From the NCBI RefSeq assembly GCF_009914755.1, contig NC_060931.1: DNA of 64,000 bases. The stretch is one strand, 5' to 3'. Numbering within the stretch: the stretch's first letter is position 1; every line of letters starts with the position of its first letter. Source of the DNA: the human T2T-CHM13v2.0 reference genome, Homo sapiens. This document shows, one piece after another, positions 1 through 17,100 of the stretch. A program made the position numbers and the translations under genes. The notes below the pieces were generated by a model, which was given only the letters and a program-made list of their open reading frames with translations, had not been told where the DNA came from and made no database searches.

Positions 1-1479
1 GCTCAGAGGCCTGGACTTCTGCATATTGTCAGTCTCCCTCAACAAAGTTTGGAAGCCTAACTCAGACAAGTCCAATTTAGGTGATCACATCAGTAATTGA
101 CTAAGTAGCAAAAAAATCAGACTCATTATCCAGCCTGCATGCTAGGGAAAAGCAAGACTTCAGTTTGGAGAGTTAAACAAGTGGGACCTTTGGATGACTC
201 AGTGACATCCATTGAGTTGGTTTCTTCTAAAATAAGGATTTTAGACCATTCACAGAAGTGCTCTAACGACTGCTTAAGGAAATTATTTTGGGAAGTTAGA
301 TCCTCACAATACCCTTAAAAACCACCTACTATTTTGAATACTTACCTGCCTATTCTTCTTCCACATGGAAATTGCCCTGTTTTTGCCAGTGATTGGCCAA
401 TGATTAGCCAATGAATCTGTGAGAAGGAATATAGTTAATAGAACCTCACAACTAAGTTTCCAATTCTTGTTGACCTTGCTTGGATTACTGGCTCTCATGT
501 CTTCCTAACCACATCTCTGAAGACTTCTCTTCTTAGAACTAGGGTAGTAAAAATAATCAACAATGGCAAATATTTCTGTACTCTACTCTGTTACCCTCAC
601 CCTAATACCAATTCTCTTTGCAGAAAATAGGGTGAAGCAGCTTCTATTCTTTGCTATTCTTTTTAAACCCATTTGCTGCCAGAACATAATGTAAAATGCT
701 CCTCAGTAAGATTTGGTTAATGATTAAGATAAATGGCCTGCTTCTTCCTTGGAGATAGTTCCATTGGGTGGTTAAATTAGCTCAAAGTAAGAAGAATTAT
801 GCAACTATCTCAACTAGACCTCTCTCCTTTAAAAATGAGGATAGCAGAATAAGGACCAAAATAAAAGTAGAAATAGCCACGCTATGTCGTTTGTAGGTCA
901 ACTGGCTATAGCGTGCTACAAATAATCCCCAAATCCATGATTCTATCCCATTCAAGCATAGCTACCTTCCATCTGTTGCTGGCCACCAGTTGCACCATTA
1001 ACTCAGGTCAGAGGTCTTAAAAACGGTCCCAACAGAGTAGGTGACCCATGATGGAGAGACCACAATTCATCCCAACTTAACATCTTAAAGTTTGTGCCCT
1101 TTCATTAAGTTATCTAATAATTAGTAATACAGTATAATATTTATTGTAGCACTTTTCAAAATGATTCTTTGATACCTAAAAGGAAGCACAGAATCCCGGA
1201 TACTCTTCTTCAGGGCCAATTTAAGGCATAGAACTATATGAAAAGCGCTTCTTTAGCCCAACAGCGTCCATCTGGAACAAGCTGGTGCTTTCTTTTTGAC
1301 AAAAGCAACCATGAAATACAGACCAAGATCCGGTTTTTGATCCAGGGACAATCAGTCAATTAAAATATGTTTAATGAGAGTCTACTCTGTGACCAGCACC
1401 ATTCAACGTGCTGTGGGCTATGCAATAAGTTAATATAAAGTGGTGTTTATAACTTAGTTGGGCAAACAAGACTACATAC

Positions 1480-1502
1480 TTGGTTTGTCTCTTTTGGCTC
1501 AT
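1480..1502 (-). CDS. TSGA13: TSGA13 first coding segment (ATG AGC CAA AAG AGA CAA ACC AA|gtatgt = MSQKRQTK...); the remaining coding exons lie left of the window
   Basis: Minus-strand ATG at 1502-1500. The translation matches the TSGA13 N-terminus as I recall it. A GT donor (GTATGT) follows immediately, and the position next to KLF14 fits the known gene order. Confidence 0.85.
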
Positions 1503-1652
1503 TGCTGTTGACTGCTAGTTGGCCAACCCAAGGCAGGTATTCACCCAAGGCCAAATTCAGGTCTCTAAATAGTCCACGTTCTGCAGGGGTTCAATTCAAT
1601 CCAAATATTCTTTCCTTAGCACACAGTGTGTACTCATGCCCCATTCTTGAGC
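1480..1652 (-). other. TSGA13: TSGA13 exon containing 5'UTR and start codon (173 nt)
   Basis: Pyrimidine-rich acceptor tcttttcttgtttcccatacag| (AG at 1654-1653) and donor |gtatgt at 1479. Confidence 0.75.
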
Positions 1653-1819
1653 CTGTATGGGAAACAAGAAAAGACTGATAGGTGCTATTGTAGATGTAGA
1701 AAATGCACAAGACATGATGATGCTTGCTCTTAGAAGTTAAATTTATTTCACAAACGGGGGAGGTGGGAGAAAGCGATTATCCAATGTAAAACAATAGTGA
1801 CAAATACATGCTAATATAT

Positions 1820-1915
1820 TAGGTAAGTCACTTTATCTCTTGGGGTCTCAATTTCCTTATCTGCAAAATGGAAAGTATTAACTAAATGATTTAAAGGTGA
1901 CATTCTAATTCCATG
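1820..1915. mobile_element. MIR fragment
   Basis: Core ggtaagtcacttt...tctcaatttccttatctgcaaaatgg. Confidence 0.65.
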
Positions 1916-2553
1916 ATAGTGATGAGATTTAACTATAAAAAGATCTGAAATAAAATTAATTCACATATGTCCGTAGAAGGCTAAAGGTGGAGAAGCAGCC
2001 ATCTTCCAATTTTCTCCTCCTGTCAACAAAGCCATGCTCATTCATAGATTAGGCCTGAGAAGCTGGGAAAAGTGTGTGTATATATTGGGAATGGGAGGAT
2101 TGCTATACTTTTTGATATAGACAATTAGAAATGGAAGATACAAGCTGATAAGGTAGAACCAACCATTTAGAGAAAAGAAAGGTCAGTGAGCCTTGGGATG
2201 TTTCCTAAAGGTTGTGGAGCTTGAGCAGAACCTCGCAGGATAGTGTATGAAGTAGTCTAATTGGAAGATTATTTGTCGTTGTTAAGTAGGAAGAAATAAA
2301 AGCAGGTAGGTCGAATGGAGTCACATTATAGGGGCCTTGACAATTAAGTAGAACTTTGAAAAGACCTACATCAGCCCAAATTCCTATGAAGCCCACAGGT
2401 TTAGTGGAAAGCCCATAGACAAGGGTTTATGTCTAACTTGATTGTCTAGACAAACCCTAAAGATGATTTCTAGAGTTTATGACAAGACTGAGCTAAACCC
2501 TTAAAGTTCCCTTCTAGGGAAATAGAGTAATAAGCGTTTCACCCTTTTCTCAC

Positions 2554-2900
2554 CTTTAATTTTTCTGGAATTGTAAGTCCAATTCATGTATATGGTGAAA
2601 CTAAAATAAAAATGAGCTGTCAAATTGGGCAGTATAAGTCTTGGGTTGCTAGTCTGCAGGCCAGGCTGAAAAACAAATCACACAAACACTAAAACTACAT
2701 TCAAAATAAGAATGTAAAAACCTGGTGTACACTACCTTTAAGAACATCACGAAATCATAGTTTGGTGAAGAAGGCAAACTCTTTGGCATGGGAACTTTCC
2801 ATTTTGAAAATATCGTAATTATTCTTTTCTGGATTCTGGAGGAGACAGAGGGAATTTGTGATGAATAGGCAATCTAGAATGCTGAGGTGTTCTGTGTTGG
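2554..2900 (-). promoter_or_regulatory. Candidate TSGA13 non-coding first exon / promoter region (upstream bound not determinable)
   Basis: Strong minus-strand donor AAAG|GTGAGA at 2554/2553, about 0.9 kb upstream of the ATG exon acceptor. Confidence 0.3.
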
Positions 2901-2981
2901 AGACAGAGAATGAAAAGGCCAAAACTTAAAGGCATATTTAAACAAAATCTGCCAATCTCTTATTTTGCCAGCCTATGACTT

Positions 2982-2985
<4 letters not shown>

Positions 2986-3026
<41 letters not shown>
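2986..3026. repeat. (AC)~20 microsatellite
   Basis: Perfect dinucleotide run. Confidence 0.98.
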
Positions 3027-3027
<1 letters not shown>

Positions 3028-3120
3028 CTTCACCATCTCTTAATCTACCTCTACCTAAGCCAATGTTTTCACTGCATTCTTCAAATACAGTGAGCATTTT
3101 TTCTTATTCCCCATACTTAA

Positions 3121-3462
<342 letters not shown>

Positions 3463-4813
3463 CTGAATCTTCTTTCTTTATGTTACTACTCAGGTCATTC
3501 CTTTAAAGAGAAGATTTTCTAGATTAATGCAATCCCAAACTCTAGACTATAGTCACTGGGTTTTGTGCATGTCATTGTATAGTGTCTTGTAGTTCTGTTT
3601 TCACTTTTCTTATGTGCGGGTCTTGTCTGCCTCTTAAGCTGTGAGTCCCTTAAAAGTGGAAATGTAAATTTTAAACATATTTGTGCCCCCCTCCCAGTGC
3701 TTTGTATCTTATGCATTCAAAACTAGTGTTTGCTTATTTCAATATATTTGCTGAACATTTATGACATATTAGACACTCTCCTAGGTGATGAGAACAAAGC
3801 ATAAATCAGATGTAATTCTTGAGCTCCTTTAGGAGCTCACAGTTTAGCCAGGAAGAGAGACAAAGAAACGGTTGATTGCAACAGAGTAGAATGCCAAATT
3901 AGATCTAAATTTAGGGTACTATGGAAGCAATGAGGAAGGGGACTTAACCCATACTGAGAAGAGACTGAGAGAGATTTGGAACTACTGCCTAAACTGAGCT
4001 GGGGAAGATGAGTGTGAATTAACCAGGTGATGAGAGGACAGACATTTGAGAAAGAGGGAGAAGCAGAGGCAAAAACATGAGAATACAACAAAGCCTGGCT
4101 TATTTAGGGGAATTGAAAATACTGTAATTGCAATATGCCAGGAACATAAGATTTAGGGGAAGGGTAGTGAGAGGTGAGACTAGAGAGGAAGACAGGATCC
4201 AAATCCTAAAATGAACTATTTGATAGGAAGTTTGTGGGTTATTCTGAGTAATGAAGCGCTAACAAGAGATTTTAAATGAGGTATAATCTCCTTATTGAAC
4301 AATATATATTTTAGAAATACAAAAATAGTGGCATGTGAACTATAGATTGGAAAGACAGAAGAACTATAGATTAGAAAGATGCAAAGAGGTCCTTGAGAAG
4401 TCTATGACAGTGCTGAGGAGGGGTTGAGAAATTATAAGGGTCTATAGCCATCACCAATTAGTGCCATTCACTCCTGCATCCTAGCTCTGGATGATTGATT
4501 CAAAGGTGGCCAACCAGGTTATACTAAGAATTTGAAAGTTTGCTAATGACCCACAGAGCTGTAAGATGATTGCACCTGAGCCACCTCATGTGGTATCCCA
4601 GGCTGGAAGACTCTGAGCTCTGAGCTCTACCTGCTGAGGTCCCCGGAGCTGCCCCAGATCTAGTCCTTCCTAAAGCAAGACTACACAATTTTCTCTTCAG
4701 TTCTGTGAGCTTTCCTAATATTCTTTCAAATAAATCCTTTATTTTCTTAGGGTTCATTTCTGCAGTTTATGACCAAAAAAAAAAAAAAAAAAAACCTAAT
4801 ATGGGCTCTGAAG

Positions 4814-5030
4814 CAGGGTGTCCAATCTTTTGGCTTCCCTGGGCCACGTTGGAAGAATTGTATTGGACCACACATAAAATACTCTAACGCTAACAATAGC
4901 TGATGAGCTAAAACAAATCACACAAAAAAAACTCATAATGTTTTAAGAAAGTTTTTGAATTTGTGTTGGGCTGCATTCAAAGCCATCCTGGGCCACGTGT
5001 GGCCCATGGGCCATGGGTTGGACAAGCTTG
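4814..5030 (+). mobile_element. MER30 (hAT-Charlie non-autonomous DNA transposon)
   Basis: cagggtgtccaatcttttggcttccctgggccac...ggttggacaagcttg; 8-bp TSD ctctgaag (4806-4813) / ctctaaag (5031-5038). Confidence 0.93.
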
Positions 5031-5339
5031 CTCTAAAGCAAGGTAGTGGCAGTGAAGAGGGTTAAAAAAGGATATATGAAAGATGTTAGGAGGGTAGAAT
5101 TAATAGAACTTGGTAACTAGTTGAATACATGAGATAAGGAATATAATCACATTTTTAGCTTTGTTACCTGAGTTAATGGAGGTGCAAGTTACCAAATTAG
5201 AGAACAAAGGGAATGGAGCAAGTTTGGGGGATAAATGATGAATTTTGTTTCTGGTCAGTTGAGTATGAGGCAGAGGTGAGGATGTTGTCTAGTAAGTAGT
5301 TTAAAATATGGGACTGGAGCTCAGGAGAGACAGGTTTGG

Positions 5340-5657
5340 TACTATAGATTGAATGTTTATGTCCTCTGCCTCCCTAAATTCATATGTTGATACTGAGTCC
5401 CTAATTATGAGGGTATTAGGATGTGGAGCCTTTGTGGGGGCAATTAGTGCACTTATAGAAGTGGCTTCAAAAGCACATCTTTACTCCTTCTGCCATGTGA
5501 GGACACAACAAAAAGCCGGTCCTCACCAGATACTGAATGTGCCAGCACCTTGATTTTGGACTTCCCGGCCTCTGGAACTGTGAGAAATAAATTCCTGTTG
5601 TTTATAATCCACCCAGTTTATGGTATTTTGTTATAGCAGCCTGAACAGACTAAGCCA
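5340..5657 (+). mobile_element. MaLR solo LTR (MLT1A-like)
   Basis: tactatagattgaatgtttatgtcc...ttgttatagcagcctgaacagactaagcca; 5-bp TSD tttgg at 5335-5339 and 5658-5662. Confidence 0.88.
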
Positions 5658-6603
5658 TTTGGGTAGAATTATGCATTTGGAAGTCAGCCTCAAGCATTAT
5701 GTGCTAATTGAAGCCATTGGACTAGATAAGATCAAGTAGGAAAAATGGTGGACTAACAAGAGACTAAAGCATAGAACCATGCCCCAGACTATGTAAACAT
5801 CCAAAAAAGAGCATCATAAATGAATTTTGTAAAGAACATGGAAAAGGAGTGGCCAGAGATTGAAAGAGAACTAGGAGGAAGTGGCCACAGGTGGGATGAT
5901 ATCATTGGAAGGGATGCTATTATGAAAAAGGAAACAAATTTTTTAGCTTCAAGCAGCAAGTTTTGAAGGTATAGAAAAAGATTAAAACTTGCAAAAATGA
6001 CCAAAAGCTTAATAAGCAATCCAATGCTGCCACTTATAAGGCAGATAAATCTAGACTGAAAAAAACCTACAAGGCTTGGGTTCATGGAAATGCCAGGATT
6101 TGCTTGAAGAAACAGAGACCATCTGGTAAAAGAGAATGTGAATCCCCATTGTTTGTCTTCTTTTTTCAGAGATACAGGGGCTGCATTGATCAAAACTCAG
6201 GGCGATCCTCCCTGCCTACTACTCCTTGGGTGTTGATCTATGACAGGGCCTAAGAACAGCTCCTCCTTATCCCTTCACCTACATAACTTTCCACATTCAG
6301 ATGGAGACTTCACACCCCAGGTAACAGCTGGGCAGGGAGGACAGGGTGCTGGGGTGGCACAGTGCATTCTGAGAGATGTGACCTCAGGAGCAAAGAGCAG
6401 GAGGAAGGGCACAAGATGGGAGGAACTGTTTTTTTGAACAGTTTTGTCCTCTTTTCTCATTTCTAACTGTTTATAAAATAGAAACGGCTACCTTTATGGA
6501 AGTATTGGTATGGAAAGTAAGGAAGTGTGGAAAGAAGCATCTACCCTTCATGAAAAAAGGTAGTGGCACAGAATGCCAAGCAAGGGTAGTTTGCCCCATT
6601 TTT

Positions 6604-6640
6604 GTCTTCTTTCATTCTTTCTTTTTCTTTCTTTCTTTCT

Positions 6641-6684
<44 letters not shown>

Positions 6685-6688
6685 TCCT

Positions 6689-6740
<52 letters not shown>

Positions 6741-6785
6741 TCCTTCTCTCTCTCTCTCTCTCTTTCTTTCTGTCTTTCTTTCTTG
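6604..6785. repeat. Compound (TTTC)n/(TC)n microsatellite derived from an Alu tail
   Basis: Long tttc array with ttcc interruptions. Confidence 0.97.
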
Positions 6786-7443
<658 letters not shown>

Positions 7444-8526
7444 CACTCTTTCTTTCTTAAACAGCCTGCTGGTGACACATGAAGCTCTTGCTTTCTTGAG
7501 GAGAGGCCTATCATTTATCAGTGGCTGGGTAAATCTTTCCAGTTCAGGGGGATGTTTTAGGAAGCCCAATGTATGTTCAGGCCCCAGCCAGTCTCCAAAC
7601 CAACTTCTAGCAGAAAGCTGATATTCTGAACTTACCAGATTTTTGCATGTGTTTACTAACTGCTTCAGAACCGGTAAGGGAAAGAGATGTAATTGGCACC
7701 TCAAATATTACTTTTGCACCAACCTAAATCAACATCCTGACTACAGTGAATGCTACAACTGTTATTTTACATAGTCTACATAGACTCAGATACCAGAGAA
7801 TATGTAAGTAGGAATTTGAGAAAGTTATCTCCCCAGCAAAGCAAAAAATGAAAGCCAGATAGAAACTGGGGACTGGGCAGGGAGGTTTGCCTAGCAACCT
7901 GCCCTCCATCTCTGGTAAGAAAGCAGGAGCAGAGTTTATAAATTCATTAATCTCATGTATTGACCAACACCAAGACTCAACAAAGCTAGCATTATTCAGA
8001 GATGAATGAATGGAAAATGATTTTTAGGGCTAATGCATTTTATGAGGAGTAGAATATAGCAGCAGCAATAGCTGCTCTGGCAAGAATAGGGAGCTAAGAA
8101 GCTGCCAGAAGTGGAGGAATACAGAGAAGAGCAGGAGGCTGGGAATCTGGGAATTAGGAATCAAGGCCATCCAATTTTTCTGTAGATTTGTCTATTAAAA
8201 ATGTGGGGAAATCTACTTACGAAAGTGGAAGCTGTCTCTCCACTCAGTACTTACATTCAATTTAGCACTGGAGTGTCAGGAAAATGGGGACCAAAGGAGA
8301 AACAAAACTGGGTGGGGGGGAAATGAGGTTTTAAATGTACAAGATGGACAGCAAGGGATAGAAGGTGGTCTCAGGAAAAACTCTGGGACTGAAGATGCCC
8401 AACATGGCAAATTTCTGAATGTTTCCAACATGGCGGGATGATACATGAAGGAGCAGTGGATATGCATCCCCATTCAGACATTCTCTGCCGACAGCAGTGA
8501 GAAATCCCATGTCTTCTCCTCCTCTT

Positions 8527-9619
<1,093 letters not shown>

Positions 9620-9884
9620 AGCAAATTCTTAGCTTTTAAGTTCAAGTATCAAGGACTCAATTGTAAGACAGACTGATTTAGGAAAATAGATATGATCAAT
9701 TCAGATGCCTCTGTCTAACAAAGAAGACAGTTTGTTAGTATTACAGGTTTCTACCCTGATAGGGGAGATGTAGTGTCACAACTGAGTCACAACTGAATGT
9801 CATAATTGAGTCTACCCACAAAAGGTGGACCCCAGCAACTACCACTAATTTATTGGCATCTTGAAGCTTCTCCCCAACCTCATA

Positions 9885-10175
9885 CTTTTTCTTTAAATTT
9901 TTTATCTTTAATTCTTGTGGGTACATAGTAGGCATATGTATTTATGAAGTACATGAAATGTTTTGATACAGGCATGCAAAGCATAGTAAGTAATCACATC
10001 ATGGGGAATGGGGTATCCACCCCCTCAAGCACTTATCCTTTGTGTTACAAACAATCTAATTATATTATTAGTTATTTAAAAATGTACAATTAAGTTATTA
10101 GTGACTATAGTCACCCTGTTGTGCTAGCAAACAGAAGGTCTTATTCATTCTTTCTAACGTTTTTGTACCCATCAT
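9885..10175 (-). mobile_element. L1MA 3' end fragment
   Basis: gtgggtacatagtaggcatatgtatttatg...gactatagtcaccctgttgtgc. Confidence 0.8.
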
Positions 10176-10689
10176 CCTCACATTTTTAAAATTTTCTTGG
10201 TCCTTCTAGTTTTTCCAAATAACTCCAGACTCTGCATGGTGTGATAGCCAGCAATAACAATACAGGATCATACATAATCATACTACCCTGTATATCTTCC
10301 CATATATTAAAATTTCACACCAAGCTATACATTGAATTATAACACTGGCCAAAACTTTAAACACATCAATATCAGTAGAGTTAGGGTGATGGGGATTAGG
10401 GGTGAGAAGGAAGCTCTTCAGGAAGTCTCTTCTGTCTCACTCTCCCACTTTGCTTTCTCTCAAGAAGGAAATTCTTATCACTATTTGGGCTTTGGTTCTT
10501 TGGGGGAAGTCTGTATATATTAAAAGTTCATATAAATCGGTTTGGCTTGCTCCTCTATTCAGGCTCTTGCCCTCCACTCTCTTCATTCTCCTTTCTTGCA
10601 TGTGTCAGCCCAATCGAGAAATTCAGGTTTGAATTCAGAGTGGAGATGGGCCCGCTGGACTCTGTACTTTTTGTGAGTAGCCTCCTCTG

Positions 10690-10880
10690 ACAGCTATTCA
10701 CCTACTGTCTCTCAGCTTTAAGCCCCCCATTCTAATCTCCACTCTGAGATGCAAACTACATTTCCTACAGCCTCTGGCCAATGCACTTCCTGTTAGGTTC
10801 TGACAAAAGGAGAGGCTAGTGGGAGATTGGAGGGTAAAAGGAATAAAAAAATCCTCCTGGTTTTCTAGTTCTTATCAGCA
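10690..10880 (+). mobile_element. ERVL-class LTR fragment (LTR33/LTR16-like)
   Basis: actacatttcc...gttaggttctgacaaaaggagaggctagtgggagattggag. Confidence 0.5.
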
Positions 10881-10947
10881 TCTCTGTGACAAAGGCAGTT
10901 GGCCCATCTGTAGTATTCCTCAGTATTTTAATTTTAGGTATTGATAA

Positions 10948-11296
<349 letters not shown>

Positions 11297-12479
11297 TAAA
11301 GCCCTTAGATTTACCCCTCATATATTTGTTTATTTATTATTCATCTCCGTCATGAGATGTACCCTCTAATGAGGCAAGGACCTTGGTTCCTTACTATACC
11401 CCCAGTGGCTGAAGCAGTAGTACTTGACACAAGGTAGACAGTCAGCAAATATCTGCTGATTGAATGAGTGATTGAAAACTCAGCTGAAAGGTTCCATGTA
11501 CACTATGTGAGATTTTTGGTTTTGATTTATCAGTTCTGGTCATTGTTGGTGGTACTTGATAGCCATCCCAAATTTTCTTACTTGTTATCCTGTTCTGAAA
11601 GAAGACATACTAGATCCAAGGAAAAATCAGATTGAATCAATATCATTTATATGGTGTATCCACAGCCTCTATGAGGCATTTCCCTACCTACTCACCCTCC
11701 GCTCTGTGCTTTCAACGTGGCCCTGACATGTCCATTATTGATGACCCAATCACACTTGTTACCACGATAGCAATGTAACAAAGGCTAGTTGAAGAGAAAG
11801 AGGATTCTTCTCGAAACAAAACAAAACAAAAAAAACAGTCCCATCCCAAAGATAGAAAAATCACTTCAGGGAGCCTGCATCTGCTGTGCCTTTGCTTATG
11901 GAGTCAGGCTTGCCCAGAAACAGTGGAAGGGCTTTGATCAGCAGTCAAGGCCAACCTATCTTTCAGATGAACAGAAAACGATGACTTGAGAAGGATAGCT
12001 TTAGAGATGACAGAAAGCAGACTGGGGATATATCATCAGATGAATGAAGAGAGAATGATAATTGGGGAAGACATGAGATCAGAAACGTTAAAACTAGTCA
12101 TAGAAGAGAAAAAGATGGGTGTCCCTTTAATTTAAATCTGGACCTAACTGCCTCTACATTTGGGGATGAGGCTAGAAATGGGTTGCGGACATGTTTTTAA
12201 TGATAGAGGACCTGGGAAAATGCCTGGGTCCCAAGAGATTTAATGGAAGAGGAATGAAATGATATTAGGGAGCAATTTGGAATTATACCCCAAGAGGGAG
12301 CCTAGATCCAGGAAATTATTGAAAGTCGCCCTCTGATGGTGACAGATAGAAAGTCCTTAACAAGAACAATTGGGGGACATTCCTTTGATGATAGGGACAA
12401 CTCCCCAAGATGGTTACAGAAAACTTAGGTTTAAGAAAAGAAGGCCAGAAACATGACTGGGGAGTACTTTAGGTATTAT

Positions 12480-12802
12480 TTTTTCTTTTTCTTTTTCTTT
12501 CTTTCTTTTTCTTTTTTTTTTTTGAGATGGAGCCTCACTCTGTCACCCAGGCTGGAGTGCAGTGGTGCAATCTCGGCTCACCTCAACCTCCGTCTCTTGG
12601 GTTCAAGTGATTCTCCTGCCTCAGCCTCCTGAGTAGCTGGGACTACAGGTGCATGCCACCCGCCTGACTAATTTTTGTATTTTTAGTAGAGACGAGGTTT
12701 CACCATGTTGGCTAGGATGGCCTCGATATCCTGACCTCGTGATCCACCCACCTCGGCCTCCCAAAGTGCTGGGATTACAGGTGTGAGCCACTGAGCCCAG
12801 CC
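12480..12802 (-). mobile_element. AluS
   Basis: Full dimer; TSD taggtatt. Confidence 0.93.
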
Positions 12803-13024
12803 CTAGGTATTCTCTTGTGGGTTTCAAGGTGATGTGGTTTTTGTAGGCGGGAAAGCATGACTAGCACATGCCACGAGGGGCACATTCAGGTAATGTACAA
12901 GGCTAGGTCTCTAAGGAAATGCAATACACCAACATGGGCCAGACAGAAACACAACAGAATAGGTGTAGGGCATTATAGGCAAACTCTGACCCAGGTCTCC
13001 CATTTTCACCTGAAATTAACTTTA

Positions 13025-13337
<313 letters not shown>

Positions 13338-13440
13338 TTGCATTTTGAAATTGTAAAGGCAGTTCCTAAAAGAATGTGCAAATATATCCCACAGAAAGTC
13401 TTGCTTTCTTGCTTGTTAGTATTGTGAATGTTTTCTTGCC

Positions 13441-13734
13441 TTTTTTTTTTTTTTTTTTTTTGACAGAGTCTTGCACCGTTTCCCAGGCTGGAGTGCAGCG
13501 GCACGATCTCACTGCAATCTCCGCCTCCCAGGTTCAAGCGATTGTCTTGACTCAGTCTCCTGAGTAGCTGGGATTACAGGCGCCCGCCACCAGGCCCAGC
13601 TAGTTTTTTTGTATTTTTGTAGAGTCGGAGTTTCACTACATTGGCCAGGCTGGTCTCAAACTCCTGATCTCATGATCCACTGCCTGGGCCTCCCAAAGTG
13701 CTGGGATTACAGGCATGAGCCACCGCGCCCAGCC
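13441..13734 (-). mobile_element. AluS
   Basis: Full dimer; TSD tttcttgc. Confidence 0.93.
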
Positions 13735-13762
13735 TTTCTTGCTTTTAGATACTAATTTTATA

Positions 13763-14075
<313 letters not shown>

Positions 14076-15079
14076 TTATAGACATATATTTCTCAATACA
14101 ATATTTTTCATCCACTATTTGTCTAAGAAGAGTTTATGTTCATGGCCTTAAAACTCAATACCACTTTAAAAACGTGCCTTTTAAAGATGTGCAAGTAATC
14201 ATTTGATTTACGTTCCAAATACAATTAGCAGAGTGTGGAAATCATATGTAGTCATTTTATAAAGCACAAGTATTGACAAAGGGTCATATGAGTTTCAGAT
14301 GTTGCTGGTATTGAGAGGCCAAAGTATTGCATCAAACCAACTGTTTGTTAACATTTATATTCATTGTTTTTCATCAGAAAGCAACTCTAAAGCATTTTCC
14401 TCTCTAACATGAAAATGTGTTAATGATATATGGACACTTAAGTTATGTTTTAGGAACTTGATTGGGGGACTTTTGTTGACATGTAACCCATTATAATAAT
14501 TTCCATTTAAAATTATAGGAAGTACACCCTCACTTAGCATTTTTATATGTAACATCTGGTTTTCAGGAAAGTATTATTGACTTAAATGGGAGATGCCTGA
14601 ACATTTATAATTTTCAAACAAATAGAAATGAATTTTAAAAATTGATGTAGCATAAGTTAAAAAAGAATAAGAATAAAAACAAAAACAAAAGCATGTTAAA
14701 TTGAAGACACAAAATAAGATGGTAAAAATTAAACGTTCAAATAAATTAATAATCATATTAAACATAAATGGAGTAAGTTCACCTAAGAGAAAGACATTCT
14801 CAGGGTGGATTTTAAAAATATGGCCATGTACTATTTGCCTACATATATCAAAAATATAGTAACACATAATGGCTGAAAAAGGTAGTCCTAGGAGTTTTTT
14901 CTCATTCTTTATGTCCTCTTTAAAAAAATTCCTTCACCCCTATCTACTTTGCCTCCTGTGCTACCATATCTCTATGTTACAGGTGACGTCCAAGAGCCTC
15001 CTACCAAACAAGAGGGCCAATTATAGCAGGTTGGAGATGTCCAAGTAAATCTAGGAGGTATTGGGTTACTTTGGCTGGG

Positions 15080-16155
15080 ATTAAAAAATACCAGAAACCA
15101 TTCGCTTTCATCTGGCAGGGACAACAATACATCTTTACCATTTTGCGGCAAGTGTGTCAGATATTTGCCCATTATTTTTCTGTACTCTGCACTAGGACAC
15201 TGTGACTAGACACTGCAAACTTCACATTCCAGAGCCCCTTGCTAGCTAGCTTCTGCCAATTGGAGGCACTTCCAAAAACCATAAAGTGGAGGAGGTAAGA
15301 AGTAGTGTCTTCCAGTTTCCAGTTCTAGTTTGCTTACTCTCCAGCTACAGCAGACAGCTATGATTTGATTCCAGCCTTCAGCTTGTTATTCCCAGCAATA
15401 TTCTCACTATGCCCCATCAAGATACTAGTAGCAGCCAAGCCCATCATTCACTTTTATCCATTTGGCCATAGCCCCTTGAGTGGTGCAGCCTACACTTCCT
15501 CAGCAGTCTAAGCACTAGAAGTAAAGTATCCTCTTCTGTATGTTCTGGTAATATCACTTCTTCCATTTTGTTCCCCCAGGTCTAAGGTGGTACCTTCTAA
15601 AGAGATTAATCTGTGGGTTGCCTCAACCTCTCATTTTTGCTTGTTTGGTGTTCCAATACCTGCGTAATCAATTCCCTTTATTAACTACCCTTTGTTTGAA
15701 ATATCTAGTGTGGTTTACGTTCTTATGATTAGACTCTGACTGATAGAAGAACCTTGATCCTCTCACCATTCCAAAGAAAATTATGCTGGTCCACTACAGA
15801 GAGGGCTAAGAAAGCAGGGAATATCCTAAAAGCTTTGGTAAAACTCATGAATGTCAGGAAGAAGAAAATCTGAGGGCTTTTACATTAATGCATCTTCTAG
15901 AGGGTCCAGTTTAGGAGTATACAGGTTATCTCCTCCTCAGTGGACTGGCCTGCCTTACAGTAAGAAAAATGTAAAATTTTTGGTGGCAACCAATGGCACA
16001 TTTGGGTGTGTTACACTGACAAATCCAATAGGTGACTTTGAAAAACTGACAAATTTTAGTGGGACTTAGAGCAAGAAAAGTTCCTTCAGCTGGTTCAGGC
16101 TGCAAGCAAGCAGCTCTGTCACTTGGCTCTTATGATTCAGTAGATCCAATGATGC
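15080..16155 (+). mobile_element. ERV-L internal pol (RT) relic, split by an LTR
   Basis: Manual translation gives YQKPFAFIWQGQQYIFTIL (~15088-15145), ..LDPLTIPKKIMLVHY (~15750-15797) and HLGVL...EQEKFLQLVQAA..QAALSLGSYDSVDPM (~16000-16152), resembling HERV-L Pol motifs. Confidence 0.8.
15155..15745 (+). mobile_element. ERVL-class LTR (LTR33-like) inserted in the ERV-L pol relic
   Basis: tgtcag...ttctgccaattggaggcac...attagactctgactgata. Confidence 0.6.
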
Positions 16156-16332
16156 GAAAAGGTCAGGATGACGAAACCAGCCCATGTGACTCCTCAGTAG
16201 GTAGGATCACATTAGTGACCTGCAGCGTTCTGTGGAAAAAGCCACACCCTGTGGGCAACTAAATATTCTCCTTATGAACCTCATGTTATATTTTGGGGGA
16301 ATATATGTCTAAAAAATAAAAATGCTGGGTCA

Positions 16333-17100
<768 letters not shown>

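Larger units (their letters stand above)
3560..6060. mobile_element. Degraded L2 pieces interrupted by younger elements
   Basis: L2-type 3' motifs (tgctgaacatttatg...gagctcacagtttag; ggagctcaggagaga...) continue on both sides of MER30 and MLT1A. Confidence 0.55.

Noticed and set aside
12870-12884. CTCF-like gccacgaggggcac
   Set aside because: One base short in the core, so the GGC is out of register with the consensus.
14090-14570. AT-rich stretch that might be a decayed DNA-transposon coding fragment
   Set aside because: No TIR, TSD or protein motif I could identify with confidence.
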